A stretch of 64,000 nucleotides of DNA from Escherichia coli (GTDB taxonomy: Bacteria; Pseudomonadota; Gammaproteobacteria; Enterobacterales; Enterobacteriaceae), in the NCBI RefSeq assembly GCF_003018115.1, contig NZ_CP027457.1; one strand, given 5' to 3'. Of this stretch, positions 39,027 through 50,100 are shown one piece after another. Numbering within the stretch: position 1 is the stretch's first letter; every line of letters begins with the position of its first letter. Under the pieces are notes generated by a model. It was given only the letters and a program-made list of their open reading frames with translations. It made no database searches and was not told the DNA's origin. The translations under genes were made by a program, and so were the position numbers.

Positions 39027-40388
39027 ATGACTCGGAGTGAAATAAACGTCTGGGATGAGAGAAGAGGTACCAATAGTCATCGAGTGGAGGAGATTCGATC
39101 TGAAGCTCAGCACGACCTTTCTCGATTGATTCACTCGTCTGCTTTCAGACGATTACAATCCAAAACACAGGTTCTTGGTCTGGGTGAAAGTGATTTCTAC
39201 CGCACACGACTGACTCATTCTATGGAAGTCGCACAAATCGGTTCAGGTCTTCTTGCTAAGTTGAAAATAAAATATAAAGGTAAAGAGCAAGAGCAATTTT
39301 TACCAGATAACGCTCTTATGCAGGCAGTATGTCTCGCACATGATATTGGACATCCTCCATTTGGTCACGGCGGTGAGGTAGCTCTTAACTACTGTATGCA
39401 GGATTACGGTGGTTTTGAAGGAAACGGTCAGACGCTTCGCATTCTCTCGAAACTAGATAAGTATACCTTAGAACACGGACTCGATCCTACACGCAGACTT
39501 CTGCTAGGCATACTGAAATATCCGGTTAAATACTCGGAGCTAGTGGTTACAAAAGACAGAATCCCGGTCACTATCGGATCACCAAACTGGCTCTTTAAGT
39601 CATCTGATTTTAAACCTCCAAAATGCTATCTAGATTCAGAATGCGATGTTGTAAAATTTGCTCTCTCACCATTTACTGAACAGGATCGGAGGCTTTTTAC
39701 TTCCGTTGAAGATGGTCAAACTAAATCCGATCATAAAAAAGCTTCTTATAAAGCTCTCGATACAACTATAATGGATCTTGCCGATGAAATTTCGTATTCG
39801 CTGCACGATTTGGAGGATGCTATTTCTCTCGGAATGGTGACACGAGAAATGTGGATGGAGCATTTCAGTGAACATGAAACCCTATTTACTAACTGCCATG
39901 GAAAAATATTTTCCGAAACATGCCAATCTGTAGCGGATAGCCTTTTTGGTGAAAGTTACAAGAGAAAAGAGTGCATCGGGATGCTGGTTCACCTGATGAT
40001 TACAAGCGTTGAGCTTATTACAAAGAATCCAGCATTCGAATGTGGCATGCTCAAATATAATGCGGTCCTTCCGGAAGCGGTCGAAGCACTACGGTTGAAA
40101 ATTTTCAAACTGGTCAAAAATAAAGTAATTAAGCATGAAAATGTACAGCAGCTTGAATTCAAGGGACAAAAGTTGATTGTTGAGCTCTTCGGTGTGTTGG
40201 CGAACGATCCGTGTCGGTTTCTACCTGCCTCAACGAGGGAAATTTACGAGCGGCAGACTAGCTTAGACAAGAAGGCTGGTATGCGAGTCATTTGCGACTA
40301 TGTTTCAGGGATGACTGATGACTATGCAACAAAGCTTTATGAGAAGATCCTTATTCCACGCAAAGGGTCTATTTTTGACCATCTCTAA
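39027..40388 (+). CDS. dGTPase-family HD-domain triphosphohydrolase (accessory paralog)
   Basis: 453 aa from ATG 39027 (GAGG RBS); motifs RTRLTHSMEVAQIG, LAHDIGHPPFGHGGE, C-terminal CDYVSGMTDDYA; AT-rich, not at the core dgt locus. Confidence 0.8.
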   Translation: MTRSEINVWDERRGTNSHRVEEIRSEAQHDLSRLIHSSAFRRLQSKTQVLGLGESDFYRTRLTHSMEVAQIGSGLLAKLKIKYKGKEQEQFLPDNALMQAVCLAHDIGHPPFGHGGEVALNYCMQDYGGFEGNGQTLRILSKLDKYTLEHGLDPTRRLLLGILKYPVKYSELVVTKDRIPVTIGSPNWLFKSSDFKPPKCYLDSECDVVKFALSPFTEQDRRLFTSVEDGQTKSDHKKASYKALDTTIMDLADEISYSLHDLEDAISLGMVTREMWMEHFSEHETLFTNCHGKIFSETCQSVADSLFGESYKRKECIGMLVHLMITSVELITKNPAFECGMLKYNAVLPEAVEALRLKIFKLVKNKVIKHENVQQLEFKGQKLIVELFGVLANDPCRFLPASTREIYERQTSLDKKAGMRVICDYVSGMTDDYATKLYEKILIPRKGSIFDHL

Positions 40389-41372
40389 CACGGTAAGAAT
40401 GATACTCTGAGTTCAATTGACCTATAAACATTAACCAAGGCATCTACCAGGGGGGATATCAAATCCCCCCATTCTGAATTTGTTCATGCAGAATCGGTGA
40501 ACGTTCTCATCTGAGCGTTAAACGCCAATAATCATTGATCTACACTGATCATTAATACACCTTAATACCATTAGCGTCTTACTCCGTTATGAGAACAAAC
40601 GCGAACTTCCGCTGTTCGCTCAAAGCAGACCATTCGCTCAGTTAACGCATCAGTGTCGTGCTAGAAGTAGAAGTGGTTAACAACAATGTGAGTTAATCAA
40701 CGGAGAGCAGGTCAACTCTAACCTGTATCAAAAAACAAATGTGTCATAAAGATGCCGCATGCCTTAATTTGAGTATAATTGAGACGGAAGTAGACGGTTT
40801 ATGACTAGATATTGTTGATATATAGCTATTTGAAGAGTTGTAGCGCAAGCGCATAGCCCAAACTAATAACGCTACGCCCCTTATCAAAGAGCGGCAACGA
40901 TGCACAGCTCGCACGAGACAATATTCGCACAAGAAATCAGGTTCGGAAATAACCAGCTCTGGCATGGCGGGGAGAGTATCAATGGTCAGGCTTTCGGTAA
41001 GATGCGGCGGGATGAGGTCGGCGTGGGTTACAGCAGTACAAGGTCGCCCACAGAGGGTAAGCCACAGCGTGGAATCCTCGGTTTCTATCAGGGATTCGGC
41101 GAAGCGGGCGCAGTTGTCGACCAAGACGATGAAATCCATTGTGGCATTATAAGGGAACGAACAATAGATCGAGTAAATCGCAGTCAGGGACAAGGATTGT
41201 AGTCATAGAGAAGTCTCCTGTAACGGTTTTCAGGAGGCTAATCCCGACGCCTGATTTCGCAGGCGCGGAAAGAGAGGATACTGCGACCATTAATCCGCCA
41301 CAAGTCATTTACGTACATAAATCGCGCAGTCAGATCCGACTCCCACTGTAGTTCTTGAACTTGATACCACAT

Positions 41373-41389
41373 TTAGCTAATTTAGCTAA
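41373..41389. promoter_or_regulatory. tandem 8-bp palindrome TTAGCTAA x2, operator-like
   Basis: ttagctaa at 41373-41380 and 41382-41389, each self-complementary, about 25 bp upstream of ATG 41415. Confidence 0.4.
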
Positions 41390-41414
41390 ATTATCCAGTA
41401 TACCAGTGGTTGCC

Positions 41415-41660
41415 ATGAATATGAATGAAGATGAGATTTATCGCCATATCCGGCAGGCACTTTCCAGTGCGCCGCGTAACCAGTACACCGTCGAGCTACA
41501 CCTGCAAATGATTAAATATGCCGACGAACTGGAACACATTACGGCAAAAGCCTTTTGCGAAGGCACCGGTCTGAGCCAGAGCCTCGGTACCGAATTCAGC
41601 AAAATGCGTAACTTAACCCGTCGGTTGAAGGCCGCCGGTCTGAATACCGATCTGCTGTAA
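41415..41660 (+). CDS. small hypothetical protein upstream of hsdM, possible DNA-binding regulator
   Basis: 81 aa from ATG 41415 (MNMNEDEIYRHIRQALSS...); track ORF starts at TTG 41355; ends 40 bp before hsdM; function not recognised. Confidence 0.4.
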   Translation: MNMNEDEIYRHIRQALSSAPRNQYTVELHLQMIKYADELEHITAKAFCEGTGLSQSLGTEFSKMRNLTRRLKAAGLNTDLL

Positions 41661-41699
41661 CCGACTTACGGCAGATTATCGCGCAAAACGAGATATTTA

Positions 41700-44138
41700 A
41701 TGGCTATCAAAAAAACCGAACTCTATTCTTCCCTGTGGGCAAGCTGCGACGAACTGCGTGGCGGGATGGACGCCAGCCAGTACAAAGACTATGTACTGAC
41801 CCTGCTGTTTATGAAGTACGTTTCCGATAAGTATAAAGGCGATCCTTACGGGATGATCGTGATACCCAAAGGAGCCAGCTTTGACGATATGGTTGCGCTG
41901 AAAAATGACAAAGAGATCGGCGACAAAATCAACAAAATCATCCACAAGCTGGCGGAAGAGAACGGCCTGAAGGGCGTCATCGACGAAGCCGACTTTAACG
42001 ACGAAGATAAGCTCGGCAAAGGCAAGGAAATGATTGACCGCCTGAGCAAGCTTGTCGGTATCTTTGAAGGGTTAGATCTCTCCAGCAACCGGGCCGAAGG
42101 CGACGATCTGTTGGGCGATGCCTATGAATATCTGATGCGTCACTTCGCAACCGAATCCGGCAAGAGTAAAGGGCAGTTTTACACTCCGGCGGAGGTGTCA
42201 CGTATTCTGGCGAAGGTGATTGGTATTACTCCCGATACGCCGCGAGATGCAACGGTTTATGACCCAACCTGTGGCTCTGGTTCGCTGCTGTTGAAAGTGA
42301 ATGATGAAGCCCGGCGCGGACTATCGATTTTCGGCCAGGAGATGGATAACGCTACCAGTGCACTGGCGCGGATGAACATGATTCTGCATAACAATGCCAC
42401 CGCGAAAATCTGGCAGGGTAATACGCTGAGCGATCCGCAGTGGAAAGAGGCGAACGGCAAACTGAAAGCCTTCGATTTTGCCGTGGCGAACCCGCCTTTT
42501 TCCAATAAAAACTGGACCAACGGGTTGACGCCGAAAAAAGATCCGTTTGAACGCTTCGGCTGGGGCATTCCGCCGGAGAAAAACGGCGATTATGCTTTTT
42601 TGCTGCATATCATTAAAAGCCTGAAAAGTACCGGCAAAGGCGCGGTGATCCTGCCCCATGGCGTACTGTTTCGCGGTAACGCCGAGGCAAATATCCGTGA
42701 AAATCTAATCAAGCAGGGCTATATCAAAGGCGTTATTGGTTTGCCGGCCAACCTGTTTTACGGCACCGGCATCCCGGCGTGCATTATTGTGATTGATAAA
42801 GAGCACGCCCACAGCCGCAAAGGCATTTTTATGATCGACGCCAGTCGGGGCTTTATCAAAGATGGCAACAAGAACCGCCTGCGTAGCCGAGATATTCACC
42901 GCATTGTGGACGTGTTCAACCATCAGCGAACGGTGCCGGGCTACAGCCGGATGGTGCCCTCCAGCGAGATCGCCGGAAATGATTACAACCTGAATATTCC
43001 TCGCTATATCGAGAGCGGCGAGCCGGAAGATTTGCACGATCTGACCGCGCACTTACAGGGCGGTATTCCAGCACGCGATGTGGATGCTTTGCAGGATTAC
43101 TGGCGGGTATTCCCTGCCCTGCGCAACGTGCTGTTTGCTGACGACCGTTCCGGTTACTGTCGGGCGCAGGTGAACGCGCAGCAGGTGAAACCAACCATTC
43201 TGGCACATCAGGAGTTTAAGGATTTTGCCACCCGCAGCCTGCTACCGTTTAAAGCGTGGGTGAAAGAGGCAAGTCTGGAAGAGATTCGCAAAGGTGATAA
43301 ACCCAAAGCGCTGATCCACGATATCAGCGAGATGTTGCTTGTGCAGTACGCCAACAGTGAGTTGCTGAACAAGTACAGCGTGTACCAGATCCTGATGGAT
43401 TACTGGGCTGATGTCATGCAGGACGATGTGTATGTGATTATGCAGGATGGCTGGCAAGCCGCCGCGCAAATCCGCGAGCTTCAACCGGTGAAAGGCAAAG
43501 ATGGCAAAAACATCTGGAAAGAAACGCACGATTTCGAGTTTACCAAACAGCGCTACAAGGCCGATGTGCTACCCCGTTCACTAGTGGAAATTCGCTGCTT
43601 CCCGGAACTGCTGGATACGTTGAACCGCGCGCAGGAGCGCAGTGAAGAAGCCAGTCGTCAGCTAGCGGAACTCATCGAGGAGCAGGCAGGGGAAGAGGAT
43701 CTGCTGGCTGAGGCGAAGAACGATAAAGATAAGGTGACGCAAAAGCTGGTGAATGCCCGTCTGGCACAGTTGAAGAAAACCCCTGCCGACCCAGATGAGC
43801 TGGCAGTGCTGAACCGCTGTCTGGCGCTGATTAAGGCCGAGGCCAGTGCGAAAAAAGCGCTGAAAGCCGCACAGGAAGCGTTGGATCGAGCGGTATTTAA
43901 ACATTATCCCACGCTGGATGAAACAGCGATTAAAACGCTGGTAGTGCAGGATAAGTGGCTGGCAACGTTGCAGGCAGGAATCAAGGCGGAGATTGAGCGT
44001 ATTACCCAGCAACTGGCGTCGCGCGTAAAGGAGCTGGAAGAGCGTTATGCTGAACCGTTGCCAGCGCTTGAAGCCTCCGTTGAGGCGTTGAGCGAGAAAG
44101 TGGCCGGGCATTTGCGGGCGATGGGGCTGGAGTGGTGA
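41700..44138 (+). CDS. hsdM: type I restriction-modification N6-adenine DNA methyltransferase subunit, long form
   Basis: 812 aa; HsdM N-terminal domain, SAM motif DPTCGSGSLL, catalytic NPPF (VANPPFS); about 300-aa C-terminal coiled-coil-like extension. Confidence 0.9.
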   Translation: MAIKKTELYSSLWASCDELRGGMDASQYKDYVLTLLFMKYVSDKYKGDPYGMIVIPKGASFDDMVALKNDKEIGDKINKIIHKLAEENGLKGVIDEADFNDEDKLGKGKEMIDRLSKLVGIFEGLDLSSNRAEGDDLLGDAYEYLMRHFATESGKSKGQFYTPAEVSRILAKVIGITPDTPRDATVYDPTCGSGSLLLKVNDEARRGLSIFGQEMDNATSALARMNMILHNNATAKIWQGNTLSDPQWKEANGKLKAFDFAVANPPFSNKNWTNGLTPKKDPFERFGWGIPPEKNGDYAFLLHIIKSLKSTGKGAVILPHGVLFRGNAEANIRENLIKQGYIKGVIGLPANLFYGTGIPACIIVIDKEHAHSRKGIFMIDASRGFIKDGNKNRLRSRDIHRIVDVFNHQRTVPGYSRMVPSSEIAGNDYNLNIPRYIESGEPEDLHDLTAHLQGGIPARDVDALQDYWRVFPALRNVLFADDRSGYCRAQVNAQQVKPTILAHQEFKDFATRSLLPFKAWVKEASLEEIRKGDKPKALIHDISEMLLVQYANSELLNKYSVYQILMDYWADVMQDDVYVIMQDGWQAAAQIRELQPVKGKDGKNIWKETHDFEFTKQRYKADVLPRSLVEIRCFPELLDTLNRAQERSEEASRQLAELIEEQAGEEDLLAEAKNDKDKVTQKLVNARLAQLKKTPADPDELAVLNRCLALIKAEASAKKALKAAQEALDRAVFKHYPTLDETAIKTLVVQDKWLATLQAGIKAEIERITQQLASRVKELEERYAEPLPALEASVEALSEKVAGHLRAMGLEW

Positions 44139-45445
44139 TGGTGGATTTAATGGTGAATGAGCAACGATCAGGTACGGCGGGGAAAGATGTGCCTGCGGGG
44201 TATAAGCTGACTGAGGTGGGGGTGATTCCTGAGGATTGGGTAGTAATCTCTATTGATGACTGTACAACCAAAGTTGGTAGTGGAAAAACACCAACTGGTG
44301 GAGCATCTGTTTATATTGATAGCGGACGCCCTTTTGTCCGTAGCCAAAATGTTGATTGGGGAAGATTAGATCTCGCCGATGTCGTACATATTACAGATGA
44401 AACCCATAACACATTCTCTGGTTCTGAAATTCAGCAAGATGATGTTTTACTCAACATAACGGGAGCATCTATCGGCCGATGCGCTAAAGCTGATTTTAGG
44501 GTTATAGGTGGTAATGTTAACCAACATGTTTGCATCATCAGAACAGAGGCAAAAAAACTCTCCCCATCCTTACTGGTTGAATTAATCAATTCAAATTATG
44601 GACAAAACCAGATTGATAGTTATCAAGCCGGAGGAAACAGAGAAGGACTGAATTTTTCTCAAGTTAAAAATCTTAAGTTTGCTATTACACCAAACTCCCT
44701 TGAACAAACGGAAATTGTCAGAACATTAAATGATATTAATGCATTCACTCTCGCTCTGGAAAACTTAATTGCTAAAAAACAGGCCATAAAAGCCGCTGCT
44801 ATGCAACAACTACTCACCGGTAAAACCCGTTTGCCGCAGTTTGCGTTGCGCAAAGATGGATCTGCTAAGAGATATAAAAAGAGCAAGTTGGGGGAGACTC
44901 CAGAAGATTGGGCAGTTAATAATATTGGAGATTTATTCTCCATTACCGCAGGAGGAGATTTAAGACAGTCTGAATTCTCTAATATTCAATCTGAAAAACA
45001 TCTTTACCCTATTTATTCCAATGCAATTAGTCATTATGGTTTATATGGCTATTGCCAGAGTTATGATTATGTTGGTGACTATCTAACAATCACTGCGAGG
45101 GGAGGAATCGGCCATGCCGTGGCAAGAAAAGGAAGATTCTGTGCAATTGGACGATTATTAGTTCTTAGTCCAAAAGGAGATTCAAACGTAAAATTTTATG
45201 AAGGGTATATAAACCAATACTTATCATTTGCAAATGAGAGCACTGGAGTCCCTCAACTTACAGCTCCTCAAGTTGCAAAATATCCGGTTGTTTCCCCATG
45301 CATTGAAGAACAAACCGCCATCGCCACCATCCTCTCCGATATGGACAAGGAAATTCAGACCCTGCAACAACGTCTGGACAAAACCCGTCAGCTTAAACAG
45401 GGGATGATGCAGGAGCTGTTAACCGGGAAAACACGCTTAATATAA
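44132..45445 (+). CDS. hsdS: type I R-M specificity subunit
   Basis: 437 aa from GTG overlapping hsdM stop by 7 nt; two target-recognition domains separated by conserved repeats (LLTGKTRL twice). Confidence 0.9.
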   Translation: MVMVDLMVNEQRSGTAGKDVPAGYKLTEVGVIPEDWVVISIDDCTTKVGSGKTPTGGASVYIDSGRPFVRSQNVDWGRLDLADVVHITDETHNTFSGSEIQQDDVLLNITGASIGRCAKADFRVIGGNVNQHVCIIRTEAKKLSPSLLVELINSNYGQNQIDSYQAGGNREGLNFSQVKNLKFAITPNSLEQTEIVRTLNDINAFTLALENLIAKKQAIKAAAMQQLLTGKTRLPQFALRKDGSAKRYKKSKLGETPEDWAVNNIGDLFSITAGGDLRQSEFSNIQSEKHLYPIYSNAISHYGLYGYCQSYDYVGDYLTITARGGIGHAVARKGRFCAIGRLLVLSPKGDSNVKFYEGYINQYLSFANESTGVPQLTAPQVAKYPVVSPCIEEQTAIATILSDMDKEIQTLQQRLDKTRQLKQGMMQELLTGKTRLI

Positions 45446-45456
45446 AAGGGAAACCT

Positions 45457-46103
45457 ATGACTACAGCGCCAGCCTCAATCCGCAAAAAGCCCTGATCTGG
45501 CGTATCGTCCATCGGGACAATATCCCGTGGATTCTGGACAATGGTCTGCACTGCGGCAACAGCCCGGTGCAGGCTGCTAACTGGATCAATATCGGCAACC
45601 CGGAGCTTATCGGCAAGCACGCCGGACATCCGGTACCTGTCGGGACGGGCGGGACACTGCGTGACTATGTGCCATTTTATTTTACCCCCTTCTCGCCAAT
45701 GCTGATGAACATCCACAGCGGACGTGGCGGCATTAAGCAACGCCCCAATGAAGAGATCGTTATTCTGGTCAGCAGCCTGCGGCACGTGGCAGCACACGAC
45801 GTGCCCTTCGTGTTTACCGACAGCCATGCTTACTATAACTGGACCAACTACTACACCAGTCTGGATAGTCTGGACCAGATCGACTGGCCCATTTTGCAGG
45901 CACGGGACTTTCGCCGCGATCCAGACGATCCGGCTAAATTTGAACGCTATCAGGCAGAGGCGCTAATCTGGCAACACTGCCCGATCTCGCTGCTGGATGG
46001 GATAATTTGTTACAGCGAAGAGGTCAGGTTACAATTAGAACAATGGTTGTTTCAGCGTAATCTAACAATGTCCGTTCACACACGGGCTGGATTGGTACTT
46101 CTC
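45457..46103 (+). pseudogene. darT: DarT-like (DUF4433) ssDNA ADP-ribosyltransferase, N-terminus disrupted by frameshift
   Basis: ATG 45457 with AAGGG RBS reads [12 protein letters not shown] then stop; one extra A in the A5 run 45484-45488 would give [34 protein letters not shown]... continuous with track ORF 45567; candidate catalytic Glu in [10 protein letters not shown]. Confidence 0.6.
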
Positions 46104-47171
46104 ATGATCACATATACACAAGGCAATTTACTGGACGCACCGGTGGAAGCTCTGGTGAATACGGTTAATACCGTCGGTGTCATGGGGAAAGGCATCGCGT
46201 TGATGTTTAAAGAGCGCTTCCACGAAAATATGAAAGCCTATGCCCTCGCCTGCAAACAAAAGCAGGTGATCACCGGCAAAATGTTCATTACCGAAACCGG
46301 GGAACTGATGGGACCGCGCTGGATTGTTAATTTTCCGACCAAACAGCACTGGCGCGCTGACTCCCGCATGGGGTGGATTGAAGATGGCTTACAAGACTTA
46401 CGTCGATTTTTGATTGAAGAGAACGTGCAATCCATCGCCATTCCACCGCTGGGCGCAGGCAACGGTGACTTGAACTGGCCGGACGTTCGGGCGCAGATTG
46501 AATCTGCCCTTGGCGACCTTCAGGACGTTGATATCCTGATTTACCAACCAACTGAAAAATACCAGAACGTTGCCAAAAGCACTGGCGTAAAAAAGCTCAC
46601 TCCCGCCAGAGCCGCCATCGCTGAACTGGTGCGTCGCTACTGGGTATTGGGGATGGAGTGCAGCCTACTGGAAATCCAGAAACTGGCCTGGCTGTTACAA
46701 CGCGCCCTTAAGCAGCATCAACAGGACGATATCCTCAAACTGCGGTTTGAAGCTCACTATTATGGCCCCTATGCGCCCAATCTGAACCATCTGCTTAATG
46801 CGCTGGACGGCACCTATCTTAAAGCCGAGAAACGCATCCCGGACAGCCAACCGCTGGATGTGATCTGGTTTAACGATCAGAAAAAAGAACACGTTAATGC
46901 GTATCTGAACAGCGAAGCCAGAGAGTGGCTACCGGCGCTGGAGCAGGTCAGCCAGTTAATTGACGGCTTTGAATCGCCGTTTGGTCTGGAGCTGCTGGCA
47001 ACCGTAGACTGGTTGCTGAGCCGTGGCGAATGTCAACCAACACTGGATTCCGTTAAGGAAGGGCTGCACCAGTGGCCTGCGGGCGAACACTGGGCCAGCC
47101 GTAAGTTGAGGCTGTTTGATAATAATAATCTGCAATTTGCCATTAACCGCGTAATGGAGTTCCATTGCTGA
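46104..47171 (+). CDS. darG: DarG-like macrodomain antitoxin
   Basis: Starts [39 protein letters not shown] with [10 protein letters not shown] macrodomain motifs plus a C-terminal domain; in this sequence in frame with the DarT-like region, no intervening stop. Confidence 0.7.
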   Translation: MITYTQGNLLDAPVEALVNTVNTVGVMGKGIALMFKERFHENMKAYALACKQKQVITGKMFITETGELMGPRWIVNFPTKQHWRADSRMGWIEDGLQDLRRFLIEENVQSIAIPPLGAGNGDLNWPDVRAQIESALGDLQDVDILIYQPTEKYQNVAKSTGVKKLTPARAAIAELVRRYWVLGMECSLLEIQKLAWLLQRALKQHQQDDILKLRFEAHYYGPYAPNLNHLLNALDGTYLKAEKRIPDSQPLDVIWFNDQKKEHVNAYLNSEAREWLPALEQVSQLIDGFESPFGLELLATVDWLLSRGECQPTLDSVKEGLHQWPAGEHWASRKLRLFDNNNLQFAINRVMEFHC

Positions 47172-47189
47172 GGGTTTAAGGAGCGCCTT

Positions 47190-50100
47190 TTGAGTACCGT
47201 GGGCCAGCGCGAACGCGCCACACAGCAGCGTCTGATTCAGTTTTTTGTTGAAGATTTAGGTTACCGCCATCTGAGTCACCGCACCGGGTACACCGGGAAC
47301 AGCAACATCGACACTAATATACTGAGCGCGTGGCTAAAACGGCGCGGCGTTAATGATACGTTGATCACCCGGGCGTTGCGGCAACTGGATTCCGCCGCCG
47401 CTCTGGGCGAAGGCAAAAAACTCTATTACGCCAATAAAGAGGTCTATCGCCTGCTACGTTACGGCGTGAAAGACAAAGAAGGCGCAGGCGAGCAGAACCA
47501 AACCGTGTGGCTGATTGACTGGGCCAACCCACAAGCCAATGATTTCGCCATCGCCGATGAGGTGACGGTCAAAGGCGAGTACTGCAAGCGCCCGGATCTG
47601 GTGCTGTACGTTAACGGCATTGCGCTGGGCGTGATTGAACTTAAGCGTTCGTCAGTGCACGTCAGCGAAGGCATCCGGCAGAATCTCGATAATCAAAAGA
47701 AAACCTTTATCCGCGATTTCTTCACCACTATGCAGTTAGTGATGGCGGGCAACGATACGCAGGGCCTGCGCTACGGCACCATCGAAACCCCGGAAAAATA
47801 CTATCTGGAGTGGAAAGAAGATAATCCAGGCGACTATACACATAAACTCGACTTTCATTTAAGTCGTCTGTGTAGCAAATCCAGGCTGTTGGATATCGTC
47901 CATAATTACATTGCCTTTGATGTCGGAGTGAAAAAACTCTGCCGCCATAATCAGTTCTTCGGCGTCGAGGCGGCTAAACAACATATTGCCCGTCGTGAAG
48001 GCGGTATTATCTGGCACACACAGGGATCGGGTAAAAGCCTGACGATGGTCTGGCTGGCGAAGTGGATCCGTGAAAATGTGCCAAACTCCCGCGTGTTGAT
48101 TGTGACTGACCGCACCGAACTGGATGAACAGATCGAAAGCGTGTTTATGGGCGTGAATGAAGATATTTATCGCACCTCCAGCGGCAACGATCTTATCGCA
48201 ACGCTCAATCATCCTAACCCGTGGCTCATTTGCTCGCTGGTGCATAAATTTGGTCGTCGCAGCGAAGCTGAAGACAATGCGGCTACCGACGCCTTTATCA
48301 CCGAATTACAGCAGTCCCTGACGAAAACATTCCGCGCCAAAGGCGATCTGTTTGTTTTTGTGGACGAGTGCCACCGCACACAATCCGGCAAGCTGCATAA
48401 CGCCATGACTGCCATTCTGCCGGACGCCCTGTTTATCGGTTTTACCGGCACACCGCTGATGAAGAAAGATAAGAAGAAGTCGGTTGAGGTGTTCGGCCCT
48501 TATATCCATACCTATAAATTTGATGAAGCGGTGGCCGACGGTGTGGTGCTGGATCTGCGCTACGAGGCACGCGATATTGACCAGTATCTGACATCAGAGA
48601 AAAAGGTCGATGACTGGTTTGAAGCCAAGACTCGCGGTTTGTCGAATTTAGCCAGGACCCAGCTTAAGCAAAAGTGGGGATCAATGCAGAAGCTGCTCTC
48701 CAGCAAGTCGAGGCTGGAGCAGATCGTTAACGACATTTTGCTGGATATGGATACCCGTCCACGCCTGATGGACGGGCGCGGCAACGCCATGCTGGTATGC
48801 AGCAGTATCTATCAAGCCTGCAAGGTTTACGAGATGTTCAGCCAGACCGAGCTGGCAGGAAAAGTAGCGATTGTGACCAGCTATCGCCCCGATGCCGCCA
48901 GCATCAAAGGCGAAGAAACGGGCGAAGGGTTAACGGAGAAACTCTCTAAACACGCCACCTATCGTAAAATGTTGGCTGACTATTTTGAACAAAGTGAAGA
49001 GAAGGCCGCCGCACGCATTACCGAGTTCGAGCGGGAAGTGAAACAGCGTTTTATTGAAGAGCCGGGGCAAATGCGCCTGCTTATCGTGGTGGATAAGCTG
49101 CTGACTGGCTTTGACGCGCCGTCCGCCACCTATCTCTACATTGATAAAACCATGACCGACCATACGCTGTTTCAGGCGATTTGTCGGGTGAACCGGCTGG
49201 ACGGTGAGGATAAAGAGTATGGCTATATTATCGATTATAAAGATCTGTTCCGTTCGCTGGATAAAGCGATTACCGATTACACCACGGGCGCGTTTGATGA
49301 TTACGATCGGGACGATGTGGCCGGGTTGCTGAAAGACAGGCTGGAGCAGGCGCAACTGGATCTCGACAGCGCGCTGGAGATGGTTCGCAGCTTATGTGAA
49401 CCCGTCAAAACCCCGCGCAGCCTGCAGGACTATCAGCACTATTTTTGCGGTGAATCAGGAGAGAATCAGACTTCGTTAAACGAAAAAGAGGCGCTGCGCC
49501 TGACATTTTACCAGTGCGTCGCCCGTCTGCTACGCGCTTATGCCAGCATCGCCAATGAAATGCCGGAAGCAGGCTACACTGCCGAAGAGGTAGAGAGCAT
49601 TCGCGCCGAAGTCGCTGAATTCGAAAAACTGCGCTATGAGATTAAGCTGACCAGCGGCGATCTTCTGGATATGAAGCGCTTTGAACCCGCTATGCGTCAT
49701 TTACTGGATATGTATGTTCGCGCCGATGATAGCGAAGTGCTGATGGATTTTGAAGAGTTAAGTCTGATTGAACTGATTGTCGAGAAAGGCTTGGCGGCGA
49801 CCGTCGCCCTGCCGGATGATATCCGTAATAATCAGGATGCGATGGCGGAAACCATCGAAAACAACGTGCGCAAAACCATCGTGGATGAAAACCCGGTTAA
49901 CCCAAAATACTATGGACGCATGTCGCAGCTGCTGGATGAACTGATTACCCTTCGCCGACAAAATGCGCTCAATTATCAGCAGTATCTGGAACGTATCCGC
50001 GATTTGTGTAAACAAGTCATCCGCCCGGAGCAAACCGCCGGAGCGTGCTACCCTGCCACCATGGATACACAAGCAAAGCGCGCCTTCTATGATAACTTCG

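Noticed and set aside
40744-41202. Overlapping ORFs of 149 aa (minus) and 100 aa (plus)
   Set aside because: Mutually overlapping on opposite strands in an AT-rich gap, no RBS or family features; possibly gene remnants
42257-43529. Several 95-115-aa minus-strand ORFs
   Set aside because: Antisense within hsdM
45457-45495. 12-codon micro-[15 protein letters not shown] as an independent gene
   Set aside because: Better explained as the true darT start separated from the rest of the gene by a 1-nt frameshift
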